A model generated the notes under the pieces. It ran no database searches. It was not told where the DNA came from and was given only the letters and a program-made list of their open reading frames with translations. A program made the position numbers and the translations under genes. A DNA stretch of 64,000 bases. Source: Escherichia phage FV3. The stretch is taken from the sequence record NC_019517.1; one strand, 5' to 3'. Positions 27,017 through 36,566 of this stretch are shown piece by piece (positions within the stretch are counted from its first letter, which is position 1; the number at the start of each line of letters is the position of its first letter).

Positions 27017-27411
27017 TGGTAAGTCTATACCGTGTTGAGTATAGCTCAGATACTGTATACAACGTAAGAAGCAAAGATCGTAGCGACAGAGTGCAAGAAA
27101 TGTATGTTCTTGCCGACAGTCCGTTATCTGCAGCGTTTAAGGCAGGAGCTCTTGCATCTCGTTGGAAATTCGAGGGTGGATCTTTCTATGAAGAAACTCT
27201 TGAAGATTCTGTTGTTATTTCTTCTGTAGAGGTTTCAACTGACTACGAAGGGAAAAAGTTCGTAATGCGGCACCCACACAGCAACATTGCGTACTACTGG
27301 GATGTTCTGAACAACGAGTGGACTCCAGATCTTCAGAAGGCCACTGTTCTGACTCCGTTCTTGGCAGATAAGTTCCCACCAGAAGGTAATTTATCTGCAC
27401 TGTTTCAGTAA
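27016..27411 (+). CDS. hypothetical protein (paralog of 24802..25212)
   Basis: 131 aa; shared HPHSNIAYYW...WTP motif. Confidence 0.5.
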   Translation: MVSLYRVEYSSDTVYNVRSKDRSDRVQEMYVLADSPLSAAFKAGALASRWKFEGGSFYEETLEDSVVISSVEVSTDYEGKKFVMRHPHSNIAYYWDVLNNEWTPDLQKATVLTPFLADKFPPEGNLSALFQ

Positions 27412-27429
27412 TTTTATTCTACACAGGTG

Positions 27430-27458
27430 TTGACAACACCAACCCTGTGTGCAATAAT
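27430..27458 (+). promoter_or_regulatory. sigma70-like promoter (TTGACA-17-AATAAT)
   Basis: TTGACA 27430-27435; TGTGCAATAAT resembles an extended -10. Confidence 0.4.
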
Positions 27459-27487
27459 ACCTTCATCTTAACAAGACAGGAGACTGA

Positions 27488-27748
27488 TTGATGAAGATTA
27501 AATTGAAAAACCTTGAAATGGCAGAGGTTCAGGAAGGTGTTGATTTCCGCTCTAAAGATGGCGACATCTTAGAGGCGAATATCCCGACCTATAAGTTGAT
27601 TAAAGGTTTTGGCAACGTTCCTGAAGAGGATATTACAGACATTCTTATGATGTTGATCCTTGACGGGACCGTGTTTGTAGGTGAAGGTGAGAACGCTATT
27701 GCAATCCCAGGCCATTTTTATGAAGTAGTTGACGAAGAGGTGCTGTAA
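27488..27748 (+). CDS. small acidic protein, MKVK family
   Basis: 86 aa, MMKIKLKNLE... ending YEVVDEEVL. Confidence 0.5.
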   Translation: MMKIKLKNLEMAEVQEGVDFRSKDGDILEANIPTYKLIKGFGNVPEEDITDILMMLILDGTVFVGEGENAIAIPGHFYEVVDEEVL

Positions 27749-28099
27749 ATGAAAGTAGAGATCACAGGTTTTGATATGAATGTGGTTCCGGAAGATATTT
27801 TAGCTAAACTTCCGGAAGGTTTTGGTAACGGTGTTGTGGTGGATGCTGTCCCTCCTACCAAAGACATTCTGCTGCAGTATGGTGTAGCAGAGGAAGATGT
27901 CGATAAAGTTCTTACAATGATGGCAATAGACCGTGTTGTCGTTGTTAAAGGTCTTGAAGGTTTTGATGACGATCCTCTGATTATTCGTGGTGATGACTAT
28001 CGCATCATCGACAACGAAGGCCAAGAGTTCTACGAACCTTCTGCTGAAGATGTTCTTAACTTACTACTGGAAGCAGGCACCGAAGAGGAGGAAGAATAA
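27749..28099 (+). CDS. small acidic protein, MKVK family
   Basis: 116 aa, MKVEITGFDM..., poly-Glu C-terminus. Confidence 0.5.
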   Translation: MKVEITGFDMNVVPEDILAKLPEGFGNGVVVDAVPPTKDILLQYGVAEEDVDKVLTMMAIDRVVVVKGLEGFDDDPLIIRGDDYRIIDNEGQEFYEPSAEDVLNLLLEAGTEEEEE

Positions 28100-28428
28100 T
28101 GAAAATTGATCCGTTACTAAAGGCTCGTGCAGAAAAAGCATACACTATCAAGCTGACCTCTCTGGTCCCTACTTGTCATCCGGATGTAGGTTGGCCTGAA
28201 GGCCTGGTAGAGGGGACTGTAACAGCTGCATACCTTCCTAACATCAAATACCTCATGGAGATCTTGGAGATGGATGAGGAAACGGCAGAACAGTTCCAGT
28301 TAGACATGAAGCAAAGTGGGACTCTGGTTATTCACGGGTGGTATAATACTAAAGATGCAGAAGATCCCCTGGTAACTTCTAATCTGGCATATGAAATCTT
28401 AGGACCTTTGAACTTGGGGGAAGACTAA
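28099..28428 (+). CDS. hypothetical acidic protein
   Basis: 109-aa ORF, ATGA-coupled to neighbours. Confidence 0.45.
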   Translation: MKIDPLLKARAEKAYTIKLTSLVPTCHPDVGWPEGLVEGTVTAAYLPNIKYLMEILEMDEETAEQFQLDMKQSGTLVIHGWYNTKDAEDPLVTSNLAYEILGPLNLGED

Positions 28429-28715
28429 TGAAAGGTTTGGTTAAGATCAAGATTAAAGACACCAAGGGAGAACTCAGCCATTTTGGAATTAACGATGGTG
28501 ACGAGCTGATCGCCCACCTGCCTACCAAGGAAGTTGTAAGCAAAGCTGTTGCCGGAGAAGAAGATGCAATGCAGGCTGCAGGTGTGGATGAAAACTATGT
28601 AGCAATGTGTATGTGCCGAGATCAGGTTGTTCTGTATAAAGCGTATCGACCAAATGGAGCACCTGAGTGGCTTGTTTTCCGACCCGAAGGGTATGAAATT
28701 TTAGAGACGCTATGA
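28428..28715 (+). CDS. hypothetical protein
   Basis: 95-aa ORF. Confidence 0.45.
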   Translation: MKGLVKIKIKDTKGELSHFGINDGDELIAHLPTKEVVSKAVAGEEDAMQAAGVDENYVAMCMCRDQVVLYKAYRPNGAPEWLVFRPEGYEILETL

Positions 28716-28804
28716 TAAATCTTGCCAAGGTTGCAACGGCACTGTTAATTATTTGCTGGATAGTGACCTTGGCACTATGTCTTGTATTTCATTAAGGGGG
28801 CTGT

Positions 28805-29068
28805 ATGAACATCCTGATGTGGGTTGTGGCAGTGGCGTTTGTTGCGTGCCTCTCTTGTTGGGTTGCTGTGAGGATTTCTATAGCCACTCTTCGGAAATTA
28901 GGGTTCTCAGAGTGGGATATTAATATCCTCTCTTTTCGCAATGAGACGATCTCAGCTGCCTTACTGTGCAAGAAGTTCAAGTGGAAACCTTGGGAGGTCA
29001 TGAGCTATCTAAGAACAGGGGATATTCCTGAGAGATTTAAAAAAGTTCTTGACGGCGAAGATAAATGA
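28805..29068 (+). CDS. small membrane protein
   Basis: 87 aa with N-terminal TM segment. Confidence 0.45.
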   Translation: MNILMWVVAVAFVACLSCWVAVRISIATLRKLGFSEWDINILSFRNETISAALLCKKFKWKPWEVMSYLRTGDIPERFKKVLDGEDK

Positions 29069-29096
29069 TAGTATAGTTACTAACAAGAGGTGAGGA

Positions 29097-29237
29097 ATGA
29101 CTGATTTTACTGAAGCTTTAATGATGGCCTTATCCGTTTTAGCGCTATCTGTGTGTTTTGGGGCGTTATTCACATCTCTGGTTAAAGTTTTACATACCAT
29201 ATTATCACCCAAGGAGCACAGTAATGACGAAGATTGA
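29097..29237 (+). CDS. micro-ORF encoding 46-aa hydrophobic peptide
   Basis: ATG after GAGGTGAGGA RBS; single TM-like segment; not in ORF track (<60 aa). Confidence 0.35.
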   Translation: MTDFTEALMMALSVLALSVCFGALFTSLVKVLHTILSPKEHSNDED

Positions 29238-29475
29238 CTTAAATGCTGGAGACCATGTTGTTGTCAAATGCATCGGAGATTATCTTGGATTCACAATCGG
29301 CAATACTTACGAGGCGGTAGTGGCGAAGGTTTACCATGATAAAGTCCTCAGCCTTGTATTTGACTGTGATGATGACGGAGATGACCGCTACGTCTGTGAG
29401 GTGCTGGCTCGTGACGATAGTGAAGACCAGAAATTCCTGGTTACCGAACTGAACGGTATTTTTGTAGAACGTTAA
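29224..29475 (+). CDS. hypothetical acidic protein
   Basis: ATG at 29224 after AAGGAG RBS (ORF track start 29158). Confidence 0.45.
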   Translation: MTKIDLNAGDHVVVKCIGDYLGFTIGNTYEAVVAKVYHDKVLSLVFDCDDDGDDRYVCEVLARDDSEDQKFLVTELNGIFVER

Positions 29476-29503
29476 TTTAAAACAATATAAGGAGACTCTT
29501 ACT

Positions 29504-29809
29504 ATGGCTAAATCTAAAGTTGAACTGTTCACCTCTCTTCCTTCTGACACTGCAGAGCGTGATCGCCTCCGTAAAACAATTGAAGAGCTGGTAGAACTTC
29601 AGCTTCAGATTAAAGATCTGAAAGACGCTATCAAGGATATTATTCTTGTCGAGAAACAGGATCACCTGTATTCTCCTAAGTTTATCAAGTCCTTGGTGGC
29701 TACCGAATTCGATATCCGCTACGAGGCTGAAAAACGTCGAGCTAAAATCGAAGAAGAGGTTGAGCACATGTCTGAAGCAGACATTCTGTTCAAACGCTCT
29801 GCAGAATAA
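29504..29809 (+). CDS. hypothetical coiled-coil protein
   Basis: 101-aa ORF; RBS AAGGAGA. Confidence 0.5.
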   Translation: MAKSKVELFTSLPSDTAERDRLRKTIEELVELQLQIKDLKDAIKDIILVEKQDHLYSPKFIKSLVATEFDIRYEAEKRRAKIEEEVEHMSEADILFKRSAE

Positions 29810-29814
29810 CGACA

Positions 29815-29840
29815 AAGAGGGGTCTTGGCCCCTCTTTTTA
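29815..29840 (+). terminator. intrinsic terminator
   Basis: AGAGGGG-TCTTG-GCCCCTCT followed by TTTTTAC. Confidence 0.55.
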
Positions 29841-29862
29841 CTATCTATGAAGGAGATCAGAA

Positions 29863-30189
29863 ATGCTAATGCCGATTACTGTAAAAGAGCTAAATGAACG
29901 TGATGCAGGGGGCCTATGGCCTGCGCGGAAAATACGCTGCGTTTATATGAAAGAGAATCTTGAGCACCTTGATCAACAGATTGCGGTGGGGGATATTTTC
30001 GAAGTTTTCTATTCTAATCGCCGCAACTGGGAAACCATTCAACCTTCAGGTTTTGTTCTTGCCAAACTTGATACCGGAGAAGTGATTATCCCTGGGCTGG
30101 ATATTGTCTTCGAAATTATCCAGGAGTGGGATCCTGATAAGATTAAATATGAAGAGTTATTCGGTGAAGGTATTATCAAGCCTGTGTGA
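29863..30189 (+). CDS. hypothetical protein
   Basis: 108-aa ORF; RBS GAAGGAGA. Confidence 0.5.
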   Translation: MLMPITVKELNERDAGGLWPARKIRCVYMKENLEHLDQQIAVGDIFEVFYSNRRNWETIQPSGFVLAKLDTGEVIIPGLDIVFEIIQEWDPDKIKYEELFGEGIIKPV

Positions 30190-30497
30190 GGTGGATTATG
30201 TCTACAACGACAGCTAAATACTCCTATATGCCAGCAACCTCCGCAGAAATAGACTTCAGTTTCGATGTGTTTCCATTGTTTGAGATAGTCCTGGCATACC
30301 CAACAACTATATCTACTCCTGAATCACTTGTGCCTATTAAGTTGCAGAACGCTATGCATTCCATGCACTACAACAATAAATGCAGGCACAGATGGTGTCA
30401 GGACGAGGAAAAAGATCTAGATAGTTTGAAAGATTTTGACAATCACCTTTTGACCCCTTTCAGCTACTCTAACCTGGACAAGCCCTCATGGGTATAG
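30186..30497 (+). CDS. hypothetical protein
   Basis: 103-aa ORF. Confidence 0.45.
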   Translation: MRWIMSTTTAKYSYMPATSAEIDFSFDVFPLFEIVLAYPTTISTPESLVPIKLQNAMHSMHYNNKCRHRWCQDEEKDLDSLKDFDNHLLTPFSYSNLDKPSWV

Positions 30498-30522
30498 CAA
30501 AATATCAAATTTAAGGCACCTA

Positions 30523-30548
30523 GGACGCTCTGTGGCGTCCTTTTCTTT
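30523..30548 (+). terminator. intrinsic terminator
   Basis: GGACGC-TCTGTG-GCGTCC followed by TTTTCTTT. Confidence 0.55.
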
Positions 30549-30710
30549 ATCTGGTGCACGATTGCATACCTTGGGTAGTTAATCTCATTACAGAGCGTTT
30601 AATAGCGGCCTGTAAACAGATCTCTATTTCGAGCGTAGCGAGAACGCACGTCCGTTTTGACCCAAATCACCATACGCTCGGATTTTAACCAAACCCTCGC
30701 GGCGTTTCTG

Positions 30711-30739
30711 TTGACACATTACCGCTCCTGTGATAGTAT
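30711..30739 (+). promoter_or_regulatory. sigma70-like promoter (TTGACA-17-TAGTAT)
   Basis: TTGACA 30711-30716, TAGTAT 30734-30739. Confidence 0.4.
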
Positions 30740-30857
30740 CCTCACATAGTTTGTAGAATATGAAATACGCAATGAAAACATTATCTGAGGTTTTAGTGGT
30801 GATCCTGATGATCATTACGTCCATAGCAGTTGTTGCCGGAATACTCACGGGTGGAAC

Positions 30858-31046
30858 ATGACCAACACACATGCACCTAAAGAGACATCTGAAGAAGCGA
30901 CTATAGAGAAAAACTTCAATTCTGAGGATTCTTTATCTCCGTCTCAGGTAGATCCTGAGGCTGATGACCTGACGTGGGAAGACATCGTAGACATCTGGTT
31001 CTCTATCATGCCTGAGCACGAAGAGTTCAGAGGTGGGAGACTATGA
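30858..31046 (+). CDS. hypothetical acidic protein
   Basis: 62-aa ORF. Confidence 0.4.
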   Translation: MTNTHAPKETSEEATIEKNFNSEDSLSPSQVDPEADDLTWEDIVDIWFSIMPEHEEFRGGRL

Positions 31047-31165
31047 AGCACCGAGCCCACATAAGTTTATCATGCTAAAGCATGGCCTGAAGAGGCAAAC
31101 GTGCATAATTCCAGTGCATTGGAACGTATAACCCTGTTCACACTCTCATTTCCAGAGGAGATTTT

Positions 31166-31381
31166 ATGAAGATAGAAATATTTGGTGGAGCTGACAACAC
31201 TCGTGGCCTGATTTACCTTGAATTCGATGAATCATACCTGCCAGAGGTGTTAAATATAGACTCTGTTGCTGAGGCTTTGGGAGTAAACCCTAAAGAACTC
31301 CACTCTTGTGCTGAGATCGATGGTTGGGAAGAGACCATGAACATTGATTTCAGTGAAGTAGAGGATGAACCGCTGGACTGA
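31166..31381 (+). CDS. small acidic protein, MKVK family
   Basis: 71 aa, MKIEIFGGADNT...; last rightward gene before strand switch. Confidence 0.5.
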   Translation: MKIEIFGGADNTRGLIYLEFDESYLPEVLNIDSVAEALGVNPKELHSCAEIDGWEETMNIDFSEVEDEPLD

Positions 31382-31593
31382 CACACAATTAGCTGCCCGG
31401 CTAAAGTGCTGGAAGCACCTATAACACATCTTTCAACTAAATTTCCTACCACCACAATCACTTACCTCCCACACATGACTGTTTGCTTGTTTAGTGAGCA
31501 GTCATTCCTTGACATTCTTGCCTATCCTGATAAAATTAAGTTCTTCTCTTTTCTTTTACCGAGTAATTCGGGTTTTCTGTTCTCTTCGGTTTG

Positions 31594-31810
31594 AAGGGGT
31601 ATGGAGATACACCTGAGTGAACAGGGTGAACAACCGAACCTTTAGCTATGGCATTAGCATGGCGAAGCGGACGGGTGACGAAAGAGGGGCCGGAGGACAC
31701 CAGTCACTGCCATATGGTATATGGGTGATAACCTGAAGAGTCTGAATAAGTGTTTAAGTACCAGTCAGAGGAAAAGGTGAATGGTAGCCGAAGGGGGAGG
31801 GGGGTTTCTT
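31594..31810. other. G/purine-rich non-coding segment, candidate structured RNA
   Basis: No ORF >=60 aa on either strand; composition unlike flanking AT-rich DNA; ends in G-run GGGGGAGGGGGG; strand undetermined. Confidence 0.3.
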
Positions 31811-32589
31811 GTATCTTTAATTTGTATACTTTATATACACTTGTAAACCAATTCAATTAGAATATGGATACCACACAAAGTGGATAGAGGCAAATATTCC
31901 CTATTAAACTTGAATTATTTATAGAAAATACCACAACACTGCTTAAGTCTTTGATTTTACACACAAATATTACAAATATCCTGCCTCTATATTTAACATA
32001 CCTGTAACATATTCCATACTCTCCCTGATTGATCAATTCCCCAACTACATCCCCATATTTTCCCTTCCTGTACTACCCCTGCCCCGCCGGGAGTCCCGTC
32101 ATATCTGGCTTTCCAGCAAATATCACACCCACAAATATCATTGCCTGAAGAGGGTTTCATCCCATAATACCTGCCTTACCCGAAGAGCGCTTCATACACC
32201 ACGTAAATTTTTTAATTGACCTGCAATTTTCCTGCAGACCCACCCCCTGCCCAGCCGGAGAGGTTGGCTTTTCCCACACAGGCCTGAAGAGTCAGCCAGA
32301 AATATCTGAAGGGGGTCCAGTTCTACCACGATTTTGACCTGACCTACAGGAGCGCTGCCAGGCGGACGAAATGGGAATACTTCTCATTCTTATAACAATT
32401 CTCAAATATCGGGGCAGTGAGGCAAATTAATAGGCGAGGCCGTTCACACAGTGGCACAACATTTGCAAGCTATTTTGCGGGGGTGAATGAGAATACCTAT
32501 CATTGTGAGAATAGTTATCATTACGGGCAATTTAACATAATACCCATTATGCGCACCACTGGCGATACATACAGGGATTGATAACATGG

Positions 32590-33230
32590 GTTACTGTTTA
32601 CGCATATAACAATTGTATTTCTTATTATTTGTGGGGGATATAGTTAGCAACCAATAGATTAGTTATTAACCTGCGGACTTCTGACCGTCTAGACGTCCAA
32701 ACGCCCACACCACAAGGATTATACATACACTCCTGCATGTAAACAGGGCCGCAAAAATGCTACCATACCAGTTTGTAAATTTTCCATGCAGCACTTGACA
32801 AAGAGGAGAAAAACTTGTCTGACACACTGGACACCTTATACACCTTATACACTTTCGATACAATAACGATTGTTATTATTTCATGTTTCACTGTTCACGT
32901 ATAGATTGTTCCTGCATAGACTGTTTACGCCTGGATAGTTTACACCTTGACAGTTTACGCAGATATGATAAGCCATGACATTCGTTTGCATAGTTGCCTT
33001 ATTGTTACAGGTAAAACAATTACATTGTTAACTATTTCTTATCTTTCTCTTAGTCATCTAATGATTCCAGTCAGTATAGTTATGTACAGTAAACATTAGA
33101 CGACTAAATATTTCTCTGATTATAGTAACCTATCGTGACAATTTCTAACTGTTTACGAAAAATGTTGACACCTGGGCAGGTTTATGTTATGCAGTTTGTA
33201 CGAATAATTATTTTGTACAGGTATTGACTA
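32590..33230. repeat. iteron-like degenerate direct repeats (TGTTTACGC family) in non-coding strand-switch region
   Basis: CTGTTTACGC / TGTTCACG / GTTTACAC / AGTTTACGC / TGTTTACG / GTTTGTACG copies, densest 32889-32960; AT-rich; no convincing ORFs. Confidence 0.4.
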
Positions 33231-33605
33231 TTCCGTTATTCTGTGGTTGGAATAAATACTTTGCAGGCTATAGAATGGTGATCGTACGTGGATTCTGAGA
33301 TCTGTCGGCTATAGTTACACCCGATTTTTCACGTAGGACACGCTTTTTGGTTTGTGTAAGTGTATGACTTATAAGGGTTTTTAATTGTTGACAGTATACT
33401 GAAGATGTGCATCAGGTTAAATTTTGTGCAATAGCTGCATTACGTGCAATTTTGGGAGAGAAAACGGGTAAAAATAGCACCGCTACCACACAATGAAAGG
33501 TTATGCAATAGCTATTTTACATGTATATTTGTACAGTGTGCGGGATTGATGGCTCGTCAATTATTCCACTTGTCAGGTAGGGCCGTTTATGGTAGGAAAA
33601 GAGCA

Positions 33606-33633
33606 GACAAAAAGAAAGGGGCCTAAGCCCCCT
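33606..33633 (-). terminator. intrinsic terminator (leftward transcripts)
   Basis: GGGGGC-TTA-GGCCCC hairpin followed by U-run on minus strand, just after stop of 33647..33910. Confidence 0.45.
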
Positions 33634-33646
33634 TGATAATGTTGTA

Positions 33647-33910
33647 TTATTTGTTGCTCATCCAGTTTTCCCAAGCTGCCTGATAATCTGCCTCACTGCG
33701 GCGGATCTCTTCTTGTTCTTCAAGCCGGATCTCTTCTTCCAGGTACCCAAGGATATCGGATTTTTTGGTCTGGCGTAACATCCAATCATCTTTTTTACGA
33801 GTAAAGATCTTGTACGCTTTCTCGCAAACCTCTTTTTTACTACCTTTTTGGACTTCAAGAACTTTGTAGGCCATGTACTGAACTAGTTTGAGCTGATCAA
33901 GACGTTTCAT
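33647..33910 (-). CDS. hypothetical protein
   Basis: 87-aa ORF. Confidence 0.5.
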   Translation of the reverse strand: MKRLDQLKLVQYMAYKVLEVQKGSKKEVCEKAYKIFTRKKDDWMLRQTKKSDILGYLEEEIRLEEQEEIRRSEADYQAAWENWMSNK

Positions 33911-33973
33911 GATGTTTACCTCTTTATGGGGTTCTGGTTTGGTGTGGGCCTTTTGGCCCGTGTCATTATCTTA

Positions 33974-34246
33974 TTACTTGCGGCGGCAAAATTCAAGCGT
34001 TTTTAATTGATAATCTTCCTCAGCCTGGAGTACAACCGCCTCGATCATTTCGTTGGCATTGGTGAAGCCATACCCTTTAGCGAACTCATCCGCGCCACCT
34101 TCGTGATCATGTTCTGCGTTCATCGCTTCCACAAAATGGAATTCCAGGTTATTGAGATAAGGGCTTGATGTTCCGTCCTCTTTTTCGATGAGATCCCAAA
34201 TAGCATTAAAACGTGATTCGACTTCTTGGTTAATCCAGCTTGACAC
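33974..34246 (-). CDS. hypothetical acidic protein
   Basis: 90-aa ORF. Confidence 0.5.
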   Translation of the reverse strand: MSSWINQEVESRFNAIWDLIEKEDGTSSPYLNNLEFHFVEAMNAEHDHEGGADEFAKGYGFTNANEMIEAVVLQAEEDYQLKTLEFCRRK

Positions 34247-34586
34247 GGCGTTTTCCTCTCTTCTGGTTGTTGTGTGGGCACTTTTGCCCCTTCAAGGTAA
34301 ATGCTACCCCACCACCCGGCAGATGTCAACGGTTTTTATAGTTTTTTATATAACGGGCACCCCTGGTGATTGTCTCCCCCCGTCGCCAGGTGCCGCCCGT
34401 GAAACAAGTATAACAAAAAACAGGACCATTGCAAGCCCTGTTTATTATCTTAAAACCAGGTGCCAACCGTTTCCAATAGATCACTGACTATCAGGACAAT
34501 ACTGATCAGCACATACCTAACCATAAAGGGAAAGATCGCCAACATTGCCGCCACGATCCCCATGGTGATAATTATCTTTCTCATGA

Positions 34587-34871
34587 TTAACGGGTCACGT
34601 AAGTTTTCCCGTTTACTGTTATCGGCAGATCCTCCAGGTCTGGATCTTCTTTAAGGTCGCGAGCAAGCTCACCGCACCGGATGCCCTCGAATCCGTAGTA
34701 CTCTGTTGTGCCGTCCTGGAAAGTTTTTGCGGCAAGGCATAACCGATAAGTAACACCGATTTGATTGACGGCATGGATATCAGTTAGATCTACCTCTTTT
34801 GCCAGCTCTTTAGCCATTACAGGCGCATTAAGTCCAATAACCAGGGCAACCACTGCGATCATCTTTTTCAT
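34587..34871 (-). CDS. small secreted protein with signal peptide
   Basis: 94 aa; N-terminal MKKMIAVVALVIGLNAPVMA. Confidence 0.5.
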   Translation of the reverse strand: MKKMIAVVALVIGLNAPVMAKELAKEVDLTDIHAVNQIGVTYRLCLAAKTFQDGTTEYYGFEGIRCGELARDLKEDPDLEDLPITVNGKTYVTR

Positions 34872-34960
34872 GTTGTCTATCCTCTTTCTGCTGCGTTTAA
34901 GGCGGTTACCGCCGCCTGTTTATGCTTTGTTAGTTAATGGGGCGTACGGTATAGATTAAA

Positions 34961-35185
34961 CTATGCTGTACGCTCAACTATAACAACGGCTTGAGGGATC
35001 TCACCTTCCACCACTATCAAGGCTTTTTTCTGCGTGATAGATATCTTTACCCGCTTCAGCGTGGCGGTAAAATCTTTCATTTCGTCACGTGGTGTTTTAG
35101 TGCAATACCAGATCTCAGGCTTACCTATTTGCAAGCCGCGTAAAAATTCCGTTTTGCCTGTTTTGTTCGTGATCATTTGTTTCAC
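34961..35185 (-). CDS. hypothetical protein
   Basis: 74-aa ORF. Confidence 0.45.
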   Translation of the reverse strand: MKQMITNKTGKTEFLRGLQIGKPEIWYCTKTPRDEMKDFTATLKRVKISITQKKALIVVEGEIPQAVVIVERTA

Positions 35186-35363
35186 CTTACCCGATACCGT
35201 GGGAAGATAGGATCATGTTAGCCATAGTTGCAACCACTCCAACCGATAATGCCATGCCAACTACTACAACCGTGAAAATTTTTTCTAACATGATTCCACC
35301 CTCATTAATGGGCGTTGCCTTATTGCCCCGCCCTATGTCGTACACTTTTCTTCTGATCCTCTG

Positions 35364-35627
35364 TTAGCATACGATAGCGATCACGCCGCCACAAATAAAA
35401 GGTAAATCAAAACTGTCTAACTTGCAAGCTATTTTTAAACGAAAGGCAACATAAAAGAAAAGTTGCAAACAATCGATCATTGTGTTAGCTGTTGAAACGC
35501 TGCCAGCATTAAACACCACCCCGCCCACGGCGTTAAACGTTGCGTTACTCACGAAAGTGAAAAGGCAAGCGATCACGGTGGCGATCATAATGTTGCGTTT
35601 TGTCAATCTGTAAATGATGTTTTTCAT
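35364..35627 (-). CDS. small membrane protein
   Basis: 87 aa, two hydrophobic segments. Confidence 0.45.
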   Translation of the reverse strand: MKNIIYRLTKRNIMIATVIACLFTFVSNATFNAVGGVVFNAGSVSTANTMIDCLQLFFYVAFRLKIACKLDSFDLPFICGGVIAIVC

Positions 35628-35696
35628 TCTGTCATGTTGGCGGCATCATTGCCGCCCTACGAAATACATTCTACCCGATTTGTAATTGTTGTCAAA

Positions 35697-35921
35697 CTAA
35701 TTTTTACAAGGGATCAGTAAACTTCTTGCTACTGCTTCGCGTAGTCCTTGACTTTTTATCAGATCTATTGTTGCAGGATGGCAAGTAAAAGCCTTTGACC
35801 ATTTTTGATCCCCTGGTTTACGGGCAAAAATGTAAACTTCCCCGTCGATTTCATCCCAACGAGTATTGCTTGTTAGTTTTTTAAGCGCCATGATGATTTC
35901 CCTTTTAGTTGTGAGCGGCAC
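35697..35921 (-). CDS. hypothetical protein
   Basis: 74-aa ORF. Confidence 0.45.
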   Translation of the reverse strand: MPLTTKREIIMALKKLTSNTRWDEIDGEVYIFARKPGDQKWSKAFTCHPATIDLIKSQGLREAVARSLLIPCKN

Positions 35922-35966
35922 TATTGCCGCCCTATGTGATACATCTTAAACTAATTTAAAACGTTG

Positions 35967-36200
35967 TCAACACTTTTCAAAAAATTTTTCTGCCGTGATA
36001 TTCTTCCCGGTAGGGTTCGCTACTTTCAAAATTTTATCATGCACTGGACGCCCAAAAGAATAAGCGCCGTACACAGTGCACCAATAATCGCCGTCAGGCT
36101 GTACTATTACCGCCGCATAGGGTACGCCTTTTTCGTTTTTGCTGACAAAATAGATCACATTGCCATTAATAGCCTCAGCGCGTTTAATTTGTTCCATCAT
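35967..36200 (-). CDS. hypothetical protein
   Basis: 77-aa ORF. Confidence 0.45.
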   Translation of the reverse strand: MMEQIKRAEAINGNVIYFVSKNEKGVPYAAVIVQPDGDYWCTVYGAYSFGRPVHDKILKVANPTGKNITAEKFFEKC

Positions 36201-36266
36201 GATGATTCACCTATCTTTATTTTTTTTTCATAGTTTCAGGAGGGGCCTTTTTCGGCCCCGCCAGGC

Positions 36267-36566
36267 TTATTTATTGATGGCGTGCAGCGGGAAAGGTACG
36301 CCAGGTTGATAGATAACTTTTACAACCTCATCGGGGCAAAAGAAATTACAAAATTCACCCCGATAAGCTTCATCTTCTTTTAATTCTTCATCAACATACT
36401 TAAAAAAGTAGTCGATGCTTGGATAATCCTGGCCGGGATTATAGTCGACCATTGTCAGGACTAGTTCAAGATCGTTGCGCAGGATATGCATACCCGCTTT
36501 TAAGTATTTTGCTTCCATTTCTACTACATCGCCAACGGTAACAATAGCCATGATTTTAACTCCCAT
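36267..36566 (-). CDS. hypothetical protein
   Basis: 99-aa ORF. Confidence 0.5.
   Translation of the reverse strand: MGVKIMAIVTVGDVVEMEAKYLKAGMHILRNDLELVLTMVDYNPGQDYPSIDYFFKYVDEELKEDEAYRGEFCNFFCPDEVVKVIYQPGVPFPLHAINK

Noticed and set aside
32666-33626. ORFs 32666..32863 (-) and 33444..33626 (+) in the strand-switch region
   Set aside because: No RBS, Cys/Arg-rich low-complexity translations, and they lie in AT-rich repeat DNA; more likely non-coding.
34188-34654. Plus-strand ORFs 34188..34487 and 34460..34654 in a leftward gene block
   Set aside because: Opposite to local transcription polarity, no RBS; a better-supported minus-strand micro-ORF (about 34448-34582, hydrophobic peptide) overlaps the same DNA.
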